Assembly: GCA_001776785.1 (NCBI GenBank)
Contig: MFDF01000006.1
Span: 16,769-80,768 of the forward strand
Length of the DNA stretch: 64,000 bases
Reading direction: 5' to 3'
Source of the DNA: Candidatus Daviesbacteria bacterium RIFCSPHIGHO2_12_FULL_37_16
GTDB lineage: Bacteria > Patescibacteriota > Microgenomatia > Daviesbacterales > UBA10151
Positions 46,832 to 55,723 of this stretch are shown here, piece by piece. Below the pieces are notes generated by a model. It was given only the letters and a program-made list of their open reading frames with translations. It searched no databases and had not been told where the DNA came from. Made by a program: the position numbers and the translations under genes. Position 1 is the first letter of the stretch; the number at the start of each line of letters is the position of its first letter.

Positions 46832-49800
46832 ATGGAGGGATCTGCCGAAGTTAGTTCTTCACCACCGCCTGCTGCAGAAACAGGGACAAGGCCTGAAGCT
46901 CGGGTAAAGGATACCCGCGAGCAAGTCTTAAATGCCTTTAACGGGGCATTAGACATTCTTGAAAATACTCCGGAAGATAAATTAACTACTCACGAAAGGG
47001 CTGGTAAAAAATTAATAAAGGAGGTCAAAGCTAAAACTTTAGACCAGGATAAGACTACATTTAGGAATAGGTTCAAAGATGCAGCTGGAAATGAATATTC
47101 ACAGATGGAGTCTGTGCCTGTAGATGACCTGATTGATTTTTTGACTGAAAGGATAAAAAGCAATGATCTATCTGAGCAACAATTACAGGATTATAGAGAT
47201 AAAAGAGCTGTGCTTATTAGAAACAGCAAGCCCTATTATAGACTGGGCAGAGGCAACCCATTAAGGCTTGATGCCCGAGTTGACCAGGAATTAAAAAGAT
47301 TAGAAGAGGCAGGATTAACAACTGGTGATGGTGCAGTAGATAAGGAAGCAGCTGGAGCAAGCCTAACCAAGAGGCGCGAGCTCATTTTGCCAAGGGTTGA
47401 CAGAGGAACTGAGCCACCCCCTGTAGAACCTCCACCACCTATAACTGAACCTCCTGAACAACCACCTATAGAACCACCCCCTCCTGTGGAACCACCACAA
47501 CCACCTCCTACTGCAGGTGAAGTTATGAGAGAGCTTTTAGTTGCTAATGGAACTTTGCAGGTTGGAAGAAGGGCAGCTGAGACAGCAGAGGTGCAGCTTA
47601 GAAATGAACTTAGAAGAGGCCAATGGTATGAATTTTGGCATTGGCCAAGAAAAATAGGAATGAGGGTTGCAGAACAATTTCATAGACAAAATTATATTGA
47701 GAGAGCAAGAGCAGCTATGCTTGAGCACAATAATACACTTGGGGATTTTGATGTTGTCCATAATGTTGCAAGAAATGCTCAGGCAAATATTGATCAGGAG
47801 AGAGCAGAAGGTAAGGCTAAAGTTGCCCAAATAAAATCTGGTGATCTGATTGCTGGTCAAAATGTAGTTGAAGCTACAGGTGAGCTTAAAAACATGATGA
47901 TAAATGATATTTTAAGGCCAGTTGTTGAAGGAAGGGTGACTGAGCAGGGCCAGATTCAGCAGGCTTTAAGGGATTTTGTCCAAAATCACCAAGGAGACCT
48001 GCAGGTCCAGGCTGTTTTTGGCAGGGATGCAACCCAATATGGAAGACTAGCTGAATATTTTGCATCAGATTTAACAGAGACAGCTGAACTTGTCAGATCT
48101 GACATTGAAGCTCACAGGTATGCTATAGACCAGCTTAGTCAGGTAGTAAAGATAAATTTGGCAAATACTTCATGGGCAGCAGAAAGCCAGGCTAACTTTA
48201 ATGCAGTAGATAGGGCTGTAGCCTGGGCAGAATCCCATCAACTGCGCGGCTGGCTTCTAAACCCAGCCACTATTGGAGCTGTGGCCTCTTTGGCTTCATT
48301 TGGAATAAGCAGAGCATTGGGAGCTGGGTCTGCTGCTGCAAATATTATTGCACCAGGAGCAGGAATGATTGCTGGTGCAGCAGTTGCAGGAGTAAGGAGA
48401 AGTTATGACTTAAAGGTGGACCGGGCTGCTGATCAGGTTGAGGAAACATATAATGGACAAGTTCCAGCTCAGGGAGCACCAAGAAGGGAGGCTTTAAGAG
48501 AATTTAGATACAATACAGCTTCAGTTAGAGATTTAATTAATGGAGGTGGGGATGAGCTTTTAGGCGGGGGCAGAAGATTGAGCATGGATCAGCTTTTAAC
48601 TCAGGATCTGTCAGATGGGCAAAATGATAACAGAGAAGCTGTTGTCAGAAGAATTTCTGAGATTAAATCCAGGCTTGATTTTTCTGCAACTGAACATGTG
48701 GATTTAGTGACTTTTGAAGCCAGAGGAAAGGTTGAACAAGGCAGAATGCAGCTTGTCCAGGAGCGGGCAAGGGCAAGGATTGCATTAAGAAATGCCGGGA
48801 TGCTTGATGATGAAATTTTAACTTTAGAGACCAGGTTGACAGGAGAGTGGAATGAGAGGTTTACCCAAAATAGAGAGCAGCAGGATCACAGATTCCAGCT
48901 TTACAGATTAAGGAATGCCGGGGGGGCTGCTTTGTTTGGTGCAGCTGTTGGACTGGCTGGAGGGTTGGCAATTCAGCAGGGAGAGGCCTGGATTGGCAGG
49001 GCTGTGCCAGGGTTGTCTGAGGCTCCAGTTGTGGGGGCACTTTTTGGAAAAGGCCAAACCAGGATTGAGGCAGCTTTTGGCATAGCAGGGCCTACTTCTC
49101 CTGAGAGGTTTAATGTGTTTGGAGTTGATTTAAATGAGGCTTTTGATAAGCCTAAAAACTTTGTGATGAAAAACCCTAACACTGGTGAGGAGTTTTGGAT
49201 GGCAATCCACCCTGAGGATATCAATAAAACAAGGGAGATAACTTTTCTGGATACTAATGGGAATAAGCTTGATGGGCCCGCCATGTGGCTTGAAAAGAGT
49301 GATGATGGCAAGGTGAGTATTATTGGGGCTGGGGACACAAATTTGATGCCTAAGCAAGTCCAGGAGCTGGTTGGGGGCTGGGACAAGAATACTACTGAAA
49401 CCCACAACTTGAGAAGCTATATGAAGTTTTTAACTAAGGGTGGAGTTGAGAATACCTCTGATGAGGTAGTCGAATATGGGAATTTTAGTTTGAACTCACA
49501 TGATGTGCATGAATCAATTTTATTAAATGATGAGGGCAAACCATATGATGTGTGGGCACAGGAGGCTGGGAGGCTAAAGCCAGATGGAACTCCTGAGGTT
49601 GGGAAGATGTCTGTGACCTTACTCCCTACCAAAACCCAATTTCATGGATTTTTAAGGGAGGATGGGTCATTTGATGTTGATCCTAAATATTTTGTAGATG
49701 GAAATTATAGAGGTAATGCAGATATAAACCCCACTGATTATCAGGATATGCTTGATAATTTAAAGGCTGAGGGTTGGGGTGTAGATACTGGAGGGGTAAA

Positions 49801-52156
49801 TGGGGACCATATAAGCGCACCTGAAACATTTGAATATACCCCACCAGAAGTGGAAATAAATGAAGCTCCAATAATTCCAATACCATTTGCCCCAAGACAC
49901 CCACTGGAACCATTAATAATTCCCCGCCCGCCGGAAAACCCATACTACCTTTTTGGTTATGAAATTTTTAGGATGCCTGATGGTTCAATTGGAACTCTTT
50001 CAGATTTTATGCGCATAAGATCAGATGAAGCTAGAAATAGAGTCCCAACAAGAGAAGGTGAGTCTGAAGGTGAGCATGCGCTGGCAACAATCAGAGATGC
50101 TTTTGACAATGCAGACAGGGTTTATATTGACCTTTCTGGAGCAATTGGAGATGCTATTATAACTTCAGCTTACATTGATGGAATAAGAAAGCTTAATGAG
50201 TCTGAAGGAAAAGATAGAAAAATAACTTTAATTGCGACTCCTTTAATAGAATCTCTGCTTAGACCTACAGCAGATAAGTATGGTTATGAACTAATAGAAG
50301 CTCCAAGAGGCGAAGGGTTTGATAAGGCCAAGTCTTTGATTGATGAGCGGGATGAACAAAATCCACTGGTTTTGGATTTTGAACACTATACAGGAATGCC
50401 TGAGATAGATACCTTGCCTAAAAATGGTCTCGTGATAAAGGATCTTTTTGCATCCTCAGTTGTGATGTATGACCAGCAAAGATCTGGTAATAATAGGTTT
50501 ACAGCTTTCTTTTCAGATCTCTTAAGTATTCCTGCGGATCAAAGGGTTGATGTTGCACCAAGAATTGAGCTTCCTGAAAATAGTGAGGAGATTTACCAAA
50601 GTTTGGTGGAAAGATTTAGAATTGATAAAAATAAGCCACAAATCACCATAATTTTAGAGTCCAGCCACAAAATGAAAAAGTATTCTTTGGATAATTGGAG
50701 GGATGTAATGGATAGACTTTCAAGGGATATTCCTAATGCAGAATTAAATATTATCTATAATCCAAGAAGTCCGGAATATGATCCTAATAGATTAAGAGAG
50801 ATATTTAATGGAATCCCCAGGTCTAGATTTGTTGGTGGAGATTTGGATGAAATGGCAGTACTTCTTTCTAAACAGCAGCTGGTAGTCTCTAACGATACTG
50901 GATTAGCTCATGTGGCTGCAACTCTAGAGGGTGGTCCAAGGGTACTAACTCTTCATGTACCAGTCTTTCCACCTAATGCATGGGTTACTAATTCTAACAG
51001 ACATGTTGGGCTTCTTCCAAGGAATGAGAGTTTAACAAATGATTTTAATTCTGAGGAAAGTGATGAGTCTAAGAAGTGGATAAATAAGATAACACCAGAA
51101 GAAGTTGTCAGAAGGGCAGTTATGATATACCAAAATAATCTTACATCTCCCCCTTCTGTGGAAGAAACAACAGACCCTGTAACTCCACCACCTGCACCTA
51201 GAGTTAGATTGGCTACTCCTACTCCAGAAGAGGAAGATATATCACCTTCCAGGTTAGAACAGTTGAGAAATAATGTTAGTGATTTGCGGGCTAGGGCTGC
51301 AGCTGCATCAGGGCCTGCAAGAAGAGGTTTAGTTGAAAGGTTGAATAGAGCTGAGGAAGCATTAAGTAATGTTCTTAGAAGAAGAGATGAAACAGTTTCA
51401 TCACCTGCCACTGTGCCTGTTCCTCCAACACCTACTCCACCAGAGGCTGCACCAGTCCCTCCTGCACCTGATTTACCATCTCCAGCTTTTAGAAGAACAG
51501 AGGCTACAATTCCTGTGCCACCACCTGCACCAAGAGTTAGAGTTGCACCTGCTCCTGCTCCCACTCTTACTCCTACCAGGGTAGAGACTGCTCCAATTCC
51601 AACACCAGAAACTCCTCCCCCACCACCAGCACCAAGAGTTAGAGTTGCTCCTACAACTACTGTTGAGGCTACAAGTGAAGCATTTGATACAGAAGCGCCT
51701 ATAAGTTCAGGTAATTTATTAGAATCAGTCAATGAAAAACTTACCAACTCTTCTTCAAATCTTGAAACTGTTTTGAGTACTCCATCTGCTTTGACTGAAT
51801 TTTTGAAAACCTTAGAGTTTAATTTCGGAGCTAAATTTAAAGATGCCCAAACTAGTATTTCCGGGCGTCAGATAATAATTAACAATGGAGTAATTGAAGT
51901 GCCTGGAGGTGAAGCTAAATTTAATGGAATACTTGCAATTGATCCACAGGGTAAATTAACTCTTTTGGGAGAACCTAAGATTGATTTACCATTTCATTTA
52001 GGACTTCTTAGAGGGAAAGTTAATGATGCGTTGAAAAATCTAGATCAATCAGTCAGGAGTCAAATAAACAAAAGAATTGATCAAAGCTGGGAAGTGTCAG
52101 GATTTAATATTGACAGTGGGAATTTAGCTGTAGACTTTAGAAGACAAACTACTTAA
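46832..52156 (+). CDS. 1774-aa membrane protein with Pro-rich linkers and a GT9 (heptosyltransferase-like) domain
   Basis: Gly/Ala-rich hydrophobic helices. GAIGDAII...K.Y....W...VVSNDTGLAHVAA...ITPEEV at about 50110-51130. Three PPPAPRVR repeats. Confidence 0.85.
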   Translation: MEGSAEVSSSPPPAAETGTRPEARVKDTREQVLNAFNGALDILENTPEDKLTTHERAGKKLIKEVKAKTLDQDKTTFRNRFKDAAGNEYSQMESVPVDDLIDFLTERIKSNDLSEQQLQDYRDKRAVLIRNSKPYYRLGRGNPLRLDARVDQELKRLEEAGLTTGDGAVDKEAAGASLTKRRELILPRVDRGTEPPPVEPPPPITEPPEQPPIEPPPPVEPPQPPPTAGEVMRELLVANGTLQVGRRAAETAEVQLRNELRRGQWYEFWHWPRKIGMRVAEQFHRQNYIERARAAMLEHNNTLGDFDVVHNVARNAQANIDQERAEGKAKVAQIKSGDLIAGQNVVEATGELKNMMINDILRPVVEGRVTEQGQIQQALRDFVQNHQGDLQVQAVFGRDATQYGRLAEYFASDLTETAELVRSDIEAHRYAIDQLSQVVKINLANTSWAAESQANFNAVDRAVAWAESHQLRGWLLNPATIGAVASLASFGISRALGAGSAAANIIAPGAGMIAGAAVAGVRRSYDLKVDRAADQVEETYNGQVPAQGAPRREALREFRYNTASVRDLINGGGDELLGGGRRLSMDQLLTQDLSDGQNDNREAVVRRISEIKSRLDFSATEHVDLVTFEARGKVEQGRMQLVQERARARIALRNAGMLDDEILTLETRLTGEWNERFTQNREQQDHRFQLYRLRNAGGAALFGAAVGLAGGLAIQQGEAWIGRAVPGLSEAPVVGALFGKGQTRIEAAFGIAGPTSPERFNVFGVDLNEAFDKPKNFVMKNPNTGEEFWMAIHPEDINKTREITFLDTNGNKLDGPAMWLEKSDDGKVSIIGAGDTNLMPKQVQELVGGWDKNTTETHNLRSYMKFLTKGGVENTSDEVVEYGNFSLNSHDVHESILLNDEGKPYDVWAQEAGRLKPDGTPEVGKMSVTLLPTKTQFHGFLREDGSFDVDPKYFVDGNYRGNADINPTDYQDMLDNLKAEGWGVDTGGVNGDHISAPETFEYTPPEVEINEAPIIPIPFAPRHPLEPLIIPRPPENPYYLFGYEIFRMPDGSIGTLSDFMRIRSDEARNRVPTREGESEGEHALATIRDAFDNADRVYIDLSGAIGDAIITSAYIDGIRKLNESEGKDRKITLIATPLIESLLRPTADKYGYELIEAPRGEGFDKAKSLIDERDEQNPLVLDFEHYTGMPEIDTLPKNGLVIKDLFASSVVMYDQQRSGNNRFTAFFSDLLSIPADQRVDVAPRIELPENSEEIYQSLVERFRIDKNKPQITIILESSHKMKKYSLDNWRDVMDRLSRDIPNAELNIIYNPRSPEYDPNRLREIFNGIPRSRFVGGDLDEMAVLLSKQQLVVSNDTGLAHVAATLEGGPRVLTLHVPVFPPNAWVTNSNRHVGLLPRNESLTNDFNSEESDESKKWINKITPEEVVRRAVMIYQNNLTSPPSVEETTDPVTPPPAPRVRLATPTPEEEDISPSRLEQLRNNVSDLRARAAAASGPARRGLVERLNRAEEALSNVLRRRDETVSSPATVPVPPTPTPPEAAPVPPAPDLPSPAFRRTEATIPVPPPAPRVRVAPAPAPTLTPTRVETAPIPTPETPPPPPAPRVRVAPTTTVEATSEAFDTEAPISSGNLLESVNEKLTNSSSNLETVLSTPSALTEFLKTLEFNFGAKFKDAQTSISGRQIIINNGVIEVPGGEAKFNGILAIDPQGKLTLLGEPKIDLPFHLGLLRGKVNDALKNLDQSVRSQINKRIDQSWEVSGFNIDSGNLAVDFRRQTT

Positions 52157-52213
52157 ATGGAAGGGTTGGATGCTTCTTTTGAACATGATCCCAAGTTAGT
52201 TTCAGGTTTTAAT

Positions 52214-52474
52214 TTAGGATCTTGGGCCTGGGTTTGACCAATCATGGAATCTTTCAGCACCCCTGGCAACATGGTATGCCCCATCAGAAATACCTTTTCT
52301 TACCTGGTAACTTACTTCTTCTATTGCTTCCCCTGTTTTATTAACTAGTCCGAATTTATATTCTAAAACTGCACCTGTTCCAACAAGCAATAAAGCTCCT
52401 GCTAGACCTGTTCTGACAATATTTTCTCTTATGCCTGAAACTCTTTCTCTCATAATTGTTATGGGATAATACAA
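52214..52474 (-). CDS. Small single-TM hypothetical protein
   Basis: One hydrophobic helix. The true start may be MRERVS. Confidence 0.55.
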   Translation of the reverse strand: MYYPITIMRERVSGIRENIVRTGLAGALLLVGTGAVLEYKFGLVNKTGEAIEEVSYQVRKGISDGAYHVARGAERFHDWSNPGPRS

Positions 52475-52480
52475 TATGTC

Positions 52481-52729
52481 TTATAGTTTGTCAAGAAGCC
52501 TCAATTTCTCTTCCCTGCTCCAGGATTTTATCTCTATTTCCCTTTTTAGAGCTTCTGATTTAGTTTTAAAAATTTCTTTATAAATAATTTTTAAGGGCTT
52601 GTGGGATCTGGTGTAGCTGCCGCCTTTTCCATTTTGGTGGCTTAAAAACCTTTTTTCTAAGTTATTAGTTGAGCCTGTATAGAGTGAATTATCTCTGCAA
52701 AGAAGTATATATACAAACCACATTACCAA
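52481..52729 (-). CDS. GIY-YIG nuclease (UPF0213-like)
   Basis: VYIL.C.D.SLYTGST..L.KR...H..GKG..YT and EALKRE..IK. Confidence 0.92.
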   Translation of the reverse strand: MVMWFVYILLCRDNSLYTGSTNNLEKRFLSHQNGKGGSYTRSHKPLKIIYKEIFKTKSEALKREIEIKSWSREEKLRLLDKL

Positions 52730-52737
52730 TAATTCTA

Positions 52738-53031
52738 TCAGTCAGTGTCTTCAAAGCCACCATGGTTTCTAATGGCATCCTGGGTTTTTTTGAGGTTTGA
52801 GAGGGCTTTTTCTTTACCATAAGTTAAGTTAGTCTGAACCATTTTTTTATAGTAAGTTTTCCACTCTTTAGAAGTAATTTTGTTAGTTATATCTATTGAA
52901 CTACCTTCTAAAAGTCCATCCTTCCAGCAAAGAATTTTTACCACTAATTTGTGCCAAAGCTCCCTTTTTTCAAATTTTTCCAGGTAGGCAGCTTTAATAT
53001 TTGGATGATTTGATATACTTGGTACTCTCAA
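52738..53031 (-). CDS. Small basic hypothetical protein
   Basis: 97-aa ORF, co-oriented and tightly packed with its neighbours. Confidence 0.6.
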   Translation of the reverse strand: MRVPSISNHPNIKAAYLEKFEKRELWHKLVVKILCWKDGLLEGSSIDITNKITSKEWKTYYKKMVQTNLTYGKEKALSNLKKTQDAIRNHGGFEDTD

Positions 53032-53041
53032 AAAATTAAAT

Positions 53042-53398
53042 TTACCTTCTGTGGCTGCCTCTTAAGAAGCTGCCTCCACCACCTCTTTTAGAGTTGTCTC
53101 TTCCAGAATAAGAATTGTTGTTTCTGTTTTGGTTGTAGCCTCCTCTATTATCTTCTCTTGGTCTGGCAACTGAAACTCCAATTTTTCTGCCTTCAAGTCC
53201 AAAGCCATCAAGTTCTTTGATAGCAGTTTGGGCTTCAGTGTCATTTGGCATTTCTACAAAAGCAAAACCTTTTGACTGGTTTGTGTATTTATCCATGATA
53301 ATTTGGGCTGAAGAAACTGTTCCATACTTTTCAAATAATTCTTTTAATTTTTCATTTGTTAAAGAGAAAGGAATACCTCCAATAAATAATTTAGTCAT
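53042..53398 (-). CDS. RRM RNA-binding protein
   Basis: RNP2 LFIGGI, RNP1 KGFAFVEM and a Gly/Arg tail. Confidence 0.95.
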   Translation of the reverse strand: MTKLFIGGIPFSLTNEKLKELFEKYGTVSSAQIIMDKYTNQSKGFAFVEMPNDTEAQTAIKELDGFGLEGRKIGVSVARPREDNRGGYNQNRNNNSYSGRDNSKRGGGGSFLRGSHRR

Positions 53399-53499
53399 AA
53401 ATTTTCACCACCTTTTTTTTGGATTTAAACTTTTAATGGAAGTGTTTAGGGTCAAATATTTAAACTGCAAACATTAAATGAGTTTAAAGAGTATAACAG

Positions 53500-54195
53500 C
53501 TATGGGGTGGGAATACAAGGAAAGCGAGTTAGTTAGGGATTATCAGTTTTGGTTTATCCTGTAATCTTGTAATAGGCTGGTCAGCCATAGGGCAACGTAA
53601 ATATTGATCCATGCAGTCCCATTCAGATGCTGTACAAAGACCTAATCTATAACCTTCAGGAAGCATAAGTAATGGAGCATCCCCTTCTCTAACTTCAACT
53701 AAGGGTTTGCGTGCTCTTTGCGCATAAACATTTTCAGATCTTAAACCTACAACAAAATGATGTTCTTCTATTTGAGTCACAAACATAACTAACCATGGTT
53801 TAGCTTGACCATCAAATTCAGGAAGAGAATTTGGATGATAACTTACAGCTAGAAGTTCATGCGTGGCTGGAATTTTAGCTAATTCTCTTTCTACATCTTC
53901 TTTGTAGATTTGCATCCTTCCTTCACTCTTGTCCACAATTGCCATATCTTTTGGTGTATATTCAAACTCAGCTCCAAATGCTTGTAATATATTTAAAGCA
54001 GTGTTTATTGGTCCTGGTAGGTTTGCAAGCCACTCACGTCTGGTATTAATTTTATCTAAGGCTGCTTCCTTTTCTTCTGCCGCTTCTCTAAAATATCCAT
54101 ATGCGCCTCTTAAATCTGGGTTTATATCTAACATATTAGGGAAATTATACTTAAATTTTACTAAAAGTCAAACTATGGGGTGGGAATACAAGGAA
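53500..54195. repeat. 23-bp direct repeat flanking an orphan gene
   Basis: ctatggggtgggaatacaaggaa at 53500-53522 and 54173-54195. Confidence 0.9.
53529..54134 (-). CDS. Hypothetical protein
   Basis: 201-aa ORF between the two direct repeats. Confidence 0.7.
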   Translation of the reverse strand: MLDINPDLRGAYGYFREAAEEKEAALDKINTRREWLANLPGPINTALNILQAFGAEFEYTPKDMAIVDKSEGRMQIYKEDVERELAKIPATHELLAVSYHPNSLPEFDGQAKPWLVMFVTQIEEHHFVVGLRSENVYAQRARKPLVEVREGDAPLLMLPEGYRLGLCTASEWDCMDQYLRCPMADQPITRLQDKPKLIIPN

Positions 54196-54322
54196 GTGGA
54201 CAGAAGAGATGTAGATATGGGAGATAAAATTATTAAGAGGAAGATCGAGGAAAAATAATATCCAGAAGAGGGTGTCTACGTTGTGGACTTTAAAAAATAC
54301 AGCTTTGAGTGTATAATACAGG

Positions 54323-54394
54323 CGCGGGGTAGAGCAGTGGTAGCTCGGGAGGCTCATAATCTCCAGGTCAGTGGTTCGAATCCACTCCCCGCAA
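54323..54394 (+). tRNA. Initiator tRNA-fMet (CAT)
   Basis: CGCGGGG start with a C1:A72 mismatch, GAGC/GCTC D-stem, CTCATAA loop, TATAAT just upstream. Confidence 0.93.
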
Positions 54395-54401
54395 CAGATT
54401 T

Positions 54402-54429
54402 GAAAATCCGTCCAAAGGATGGATTTTTC
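54402..54429 (+). terminator. Probable terminator after tRNA-fMet
   Basis: gaaaatccgtcc-aaa-ggatggattttt. Confidence 0.65.
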
Positions 54430-54544
54430 AAAGCTAGTTGTTGGAGACGGGATCGAGAATCGGATCTTTGATCCGGTTCGACAATTTCTTTAGAAATTGG
54501 GACATATCCACTCCCCGCAACACAACTTCCTGCTCTTCTAATCC

Positions 54545-55288
54545 ATGGCTGAAAGAAGAAGACCTACACCTGAAGAAACCTCTAGGTCAATACTTGCTTT
54601 AAAAATTCATGCTGCTAATTTATCTGATGCTAAGGGTGTTGATTTTGGGAAAGTATTAGAAAATGGAGATAATCTTCAAATCCGATTAGATTATCTTAAT
54701 AATGAGTCCAGAAGAAGTATCCCAGATCCCCTATTAAGGTTTGCAAAAAGAGTGTATGGAAGGGAAGTTCTAATTAGAAATATTACCTTGTGGTGGGTAA
54801 ATCAGATTAAAGGAGAGGTGGCAGAGGAAAATTTATACAGCAATGTTATTGAAATTTTAGTCAGGCCTCCTGGAAGTACATCAGGTCTGGAAAATCAGCA
54901 CATGGCTATTGTTGACCAAAAAAATGAATTGCTTACTGATAACCTACTTTGGTTGAGGCTAGAAGAAAACCGTGCAAGCTGGTCGGTTAACTACAATCTA
55001 GCGAAAGAGATATATAGTACAGAAGATCATGTTTTAACACCCCAAAGAAAAGAAGGTAATCTTGTTCCAAGAATTATAGATTCGCTATCAGCTATATTAT
55101 CTTCAGTCAAAGAGGACAGGTTGGGAAAATTTAGCCCTCAAGATCTTTTAAGACCTTCAAGACAACTTGGTATACAAACAGCTGCAGTATTTTTAGATAA
55201 ATATTTACCACAGTTGCCTTCACCTGTAAAACAGCCTGTCTGGGGAGTTTTTGTAATTGACAGAGATTCAAATTTGCTGACTATCTAA
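54545..55288 (+). CDS. Hypothetical protein
   Basis: 247-aa ORF following the duplicated tRNA 3' end. Confidence 0.7.
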   Translation: MAERRRPTPEETSRSILALKIHAANLSDAKGVDFGKVLENGDNLQIRLDYLNNESRRSIPDPLLRFAKRVYGREVLIRNITLWWVNQIKGEVAEENLYSNVIEILVRPPGSTSGLENQHMAIVDQKNELLTDNLLWLRLEENRASWSVNYNLAKEIYSTEDHVLTPQRKEGNLVPRIIDSLSAILSSVKEDRLGKFSPQDLLRPSRQLGIQTAAVFLDKYLPQLPSPVKQPVWGVFVIDRDSNLLTI

Positions 55289-55634
55289 AAAATAGCTTTA
55301 ACCACCCTTGCCAGTTTGGGAGTTTGGGCTCCTCTACCTTTTTTTGGGCATTGATTAAGTTATTTATTAAATCCTCCTGAATAATAACTACAGTCTCATT
55401 TGGTCTCCCTAAATTTAGGTTATTTCTGGCTATTTGTTCTATAAATTCGAAGCTTTTGGTGTTTTCCAGTTTTTGCTTTAATGCTCTATTCTCAGCCTGG
55501 AGTGAATTTACCTCATCTGTGGCAGTATCCAACCTTGACCCAGCCTCAAGGGCATCTTTAATTTGGCGCACCAAGCCTATCAAAATTACTATTGAGATTA
55601 TAAAAATAACCAGCAAACTTACAGTTTTTGACAT
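55281..55634 (-). CDS. Septum-formation initiator (FtsB/DivIC family)
   Basis: TM segment, coiled coil and FIEQIARN.LNL.RPNE.V.I. Confidence 0.85.
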   Translation of the reverse strand: MSKTVSLLVIFIISIVILIGLVRQIKDALEAGSRLDTATDEVNSLQAENRALKQKLENTKSFEFIEQIARNNLNLGRPNETVVIIQEDLINNLINAQKKVEEPKLPNWQGWLKLFFR

Positions 55635-55694
55635 GGATTTTAGTAATTTATCTTTTTTTTGTGCTTATTTTTATGCTTCGAGGCTATTTCCTCA

Positions 55695-55723
55695 TTGACA
55701 TTTGTAGGGTTTAGATATATATT
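55695..55723 (+). promoter_or_regulatory. Sigma-70-type promoter of the recombinase gene
   Basis: TTGACA, 17-bp spacer, TATATT. Suggests the ATG at 55736 as the real start. Confidence 0.6.

Noticed and set aside
50953-51747. Long antisense ORFs (this 264-aa Gly-rich one; also 19967-20569, 35913-36461, 971-1477 and others)
   Set aside because: They are shadow frames of well-supported genes on the opposite strand.
54283-54471. Short ORFs at 54283-54471 and 56974-57168
   Set aside because: They are translations of tRNA genes.
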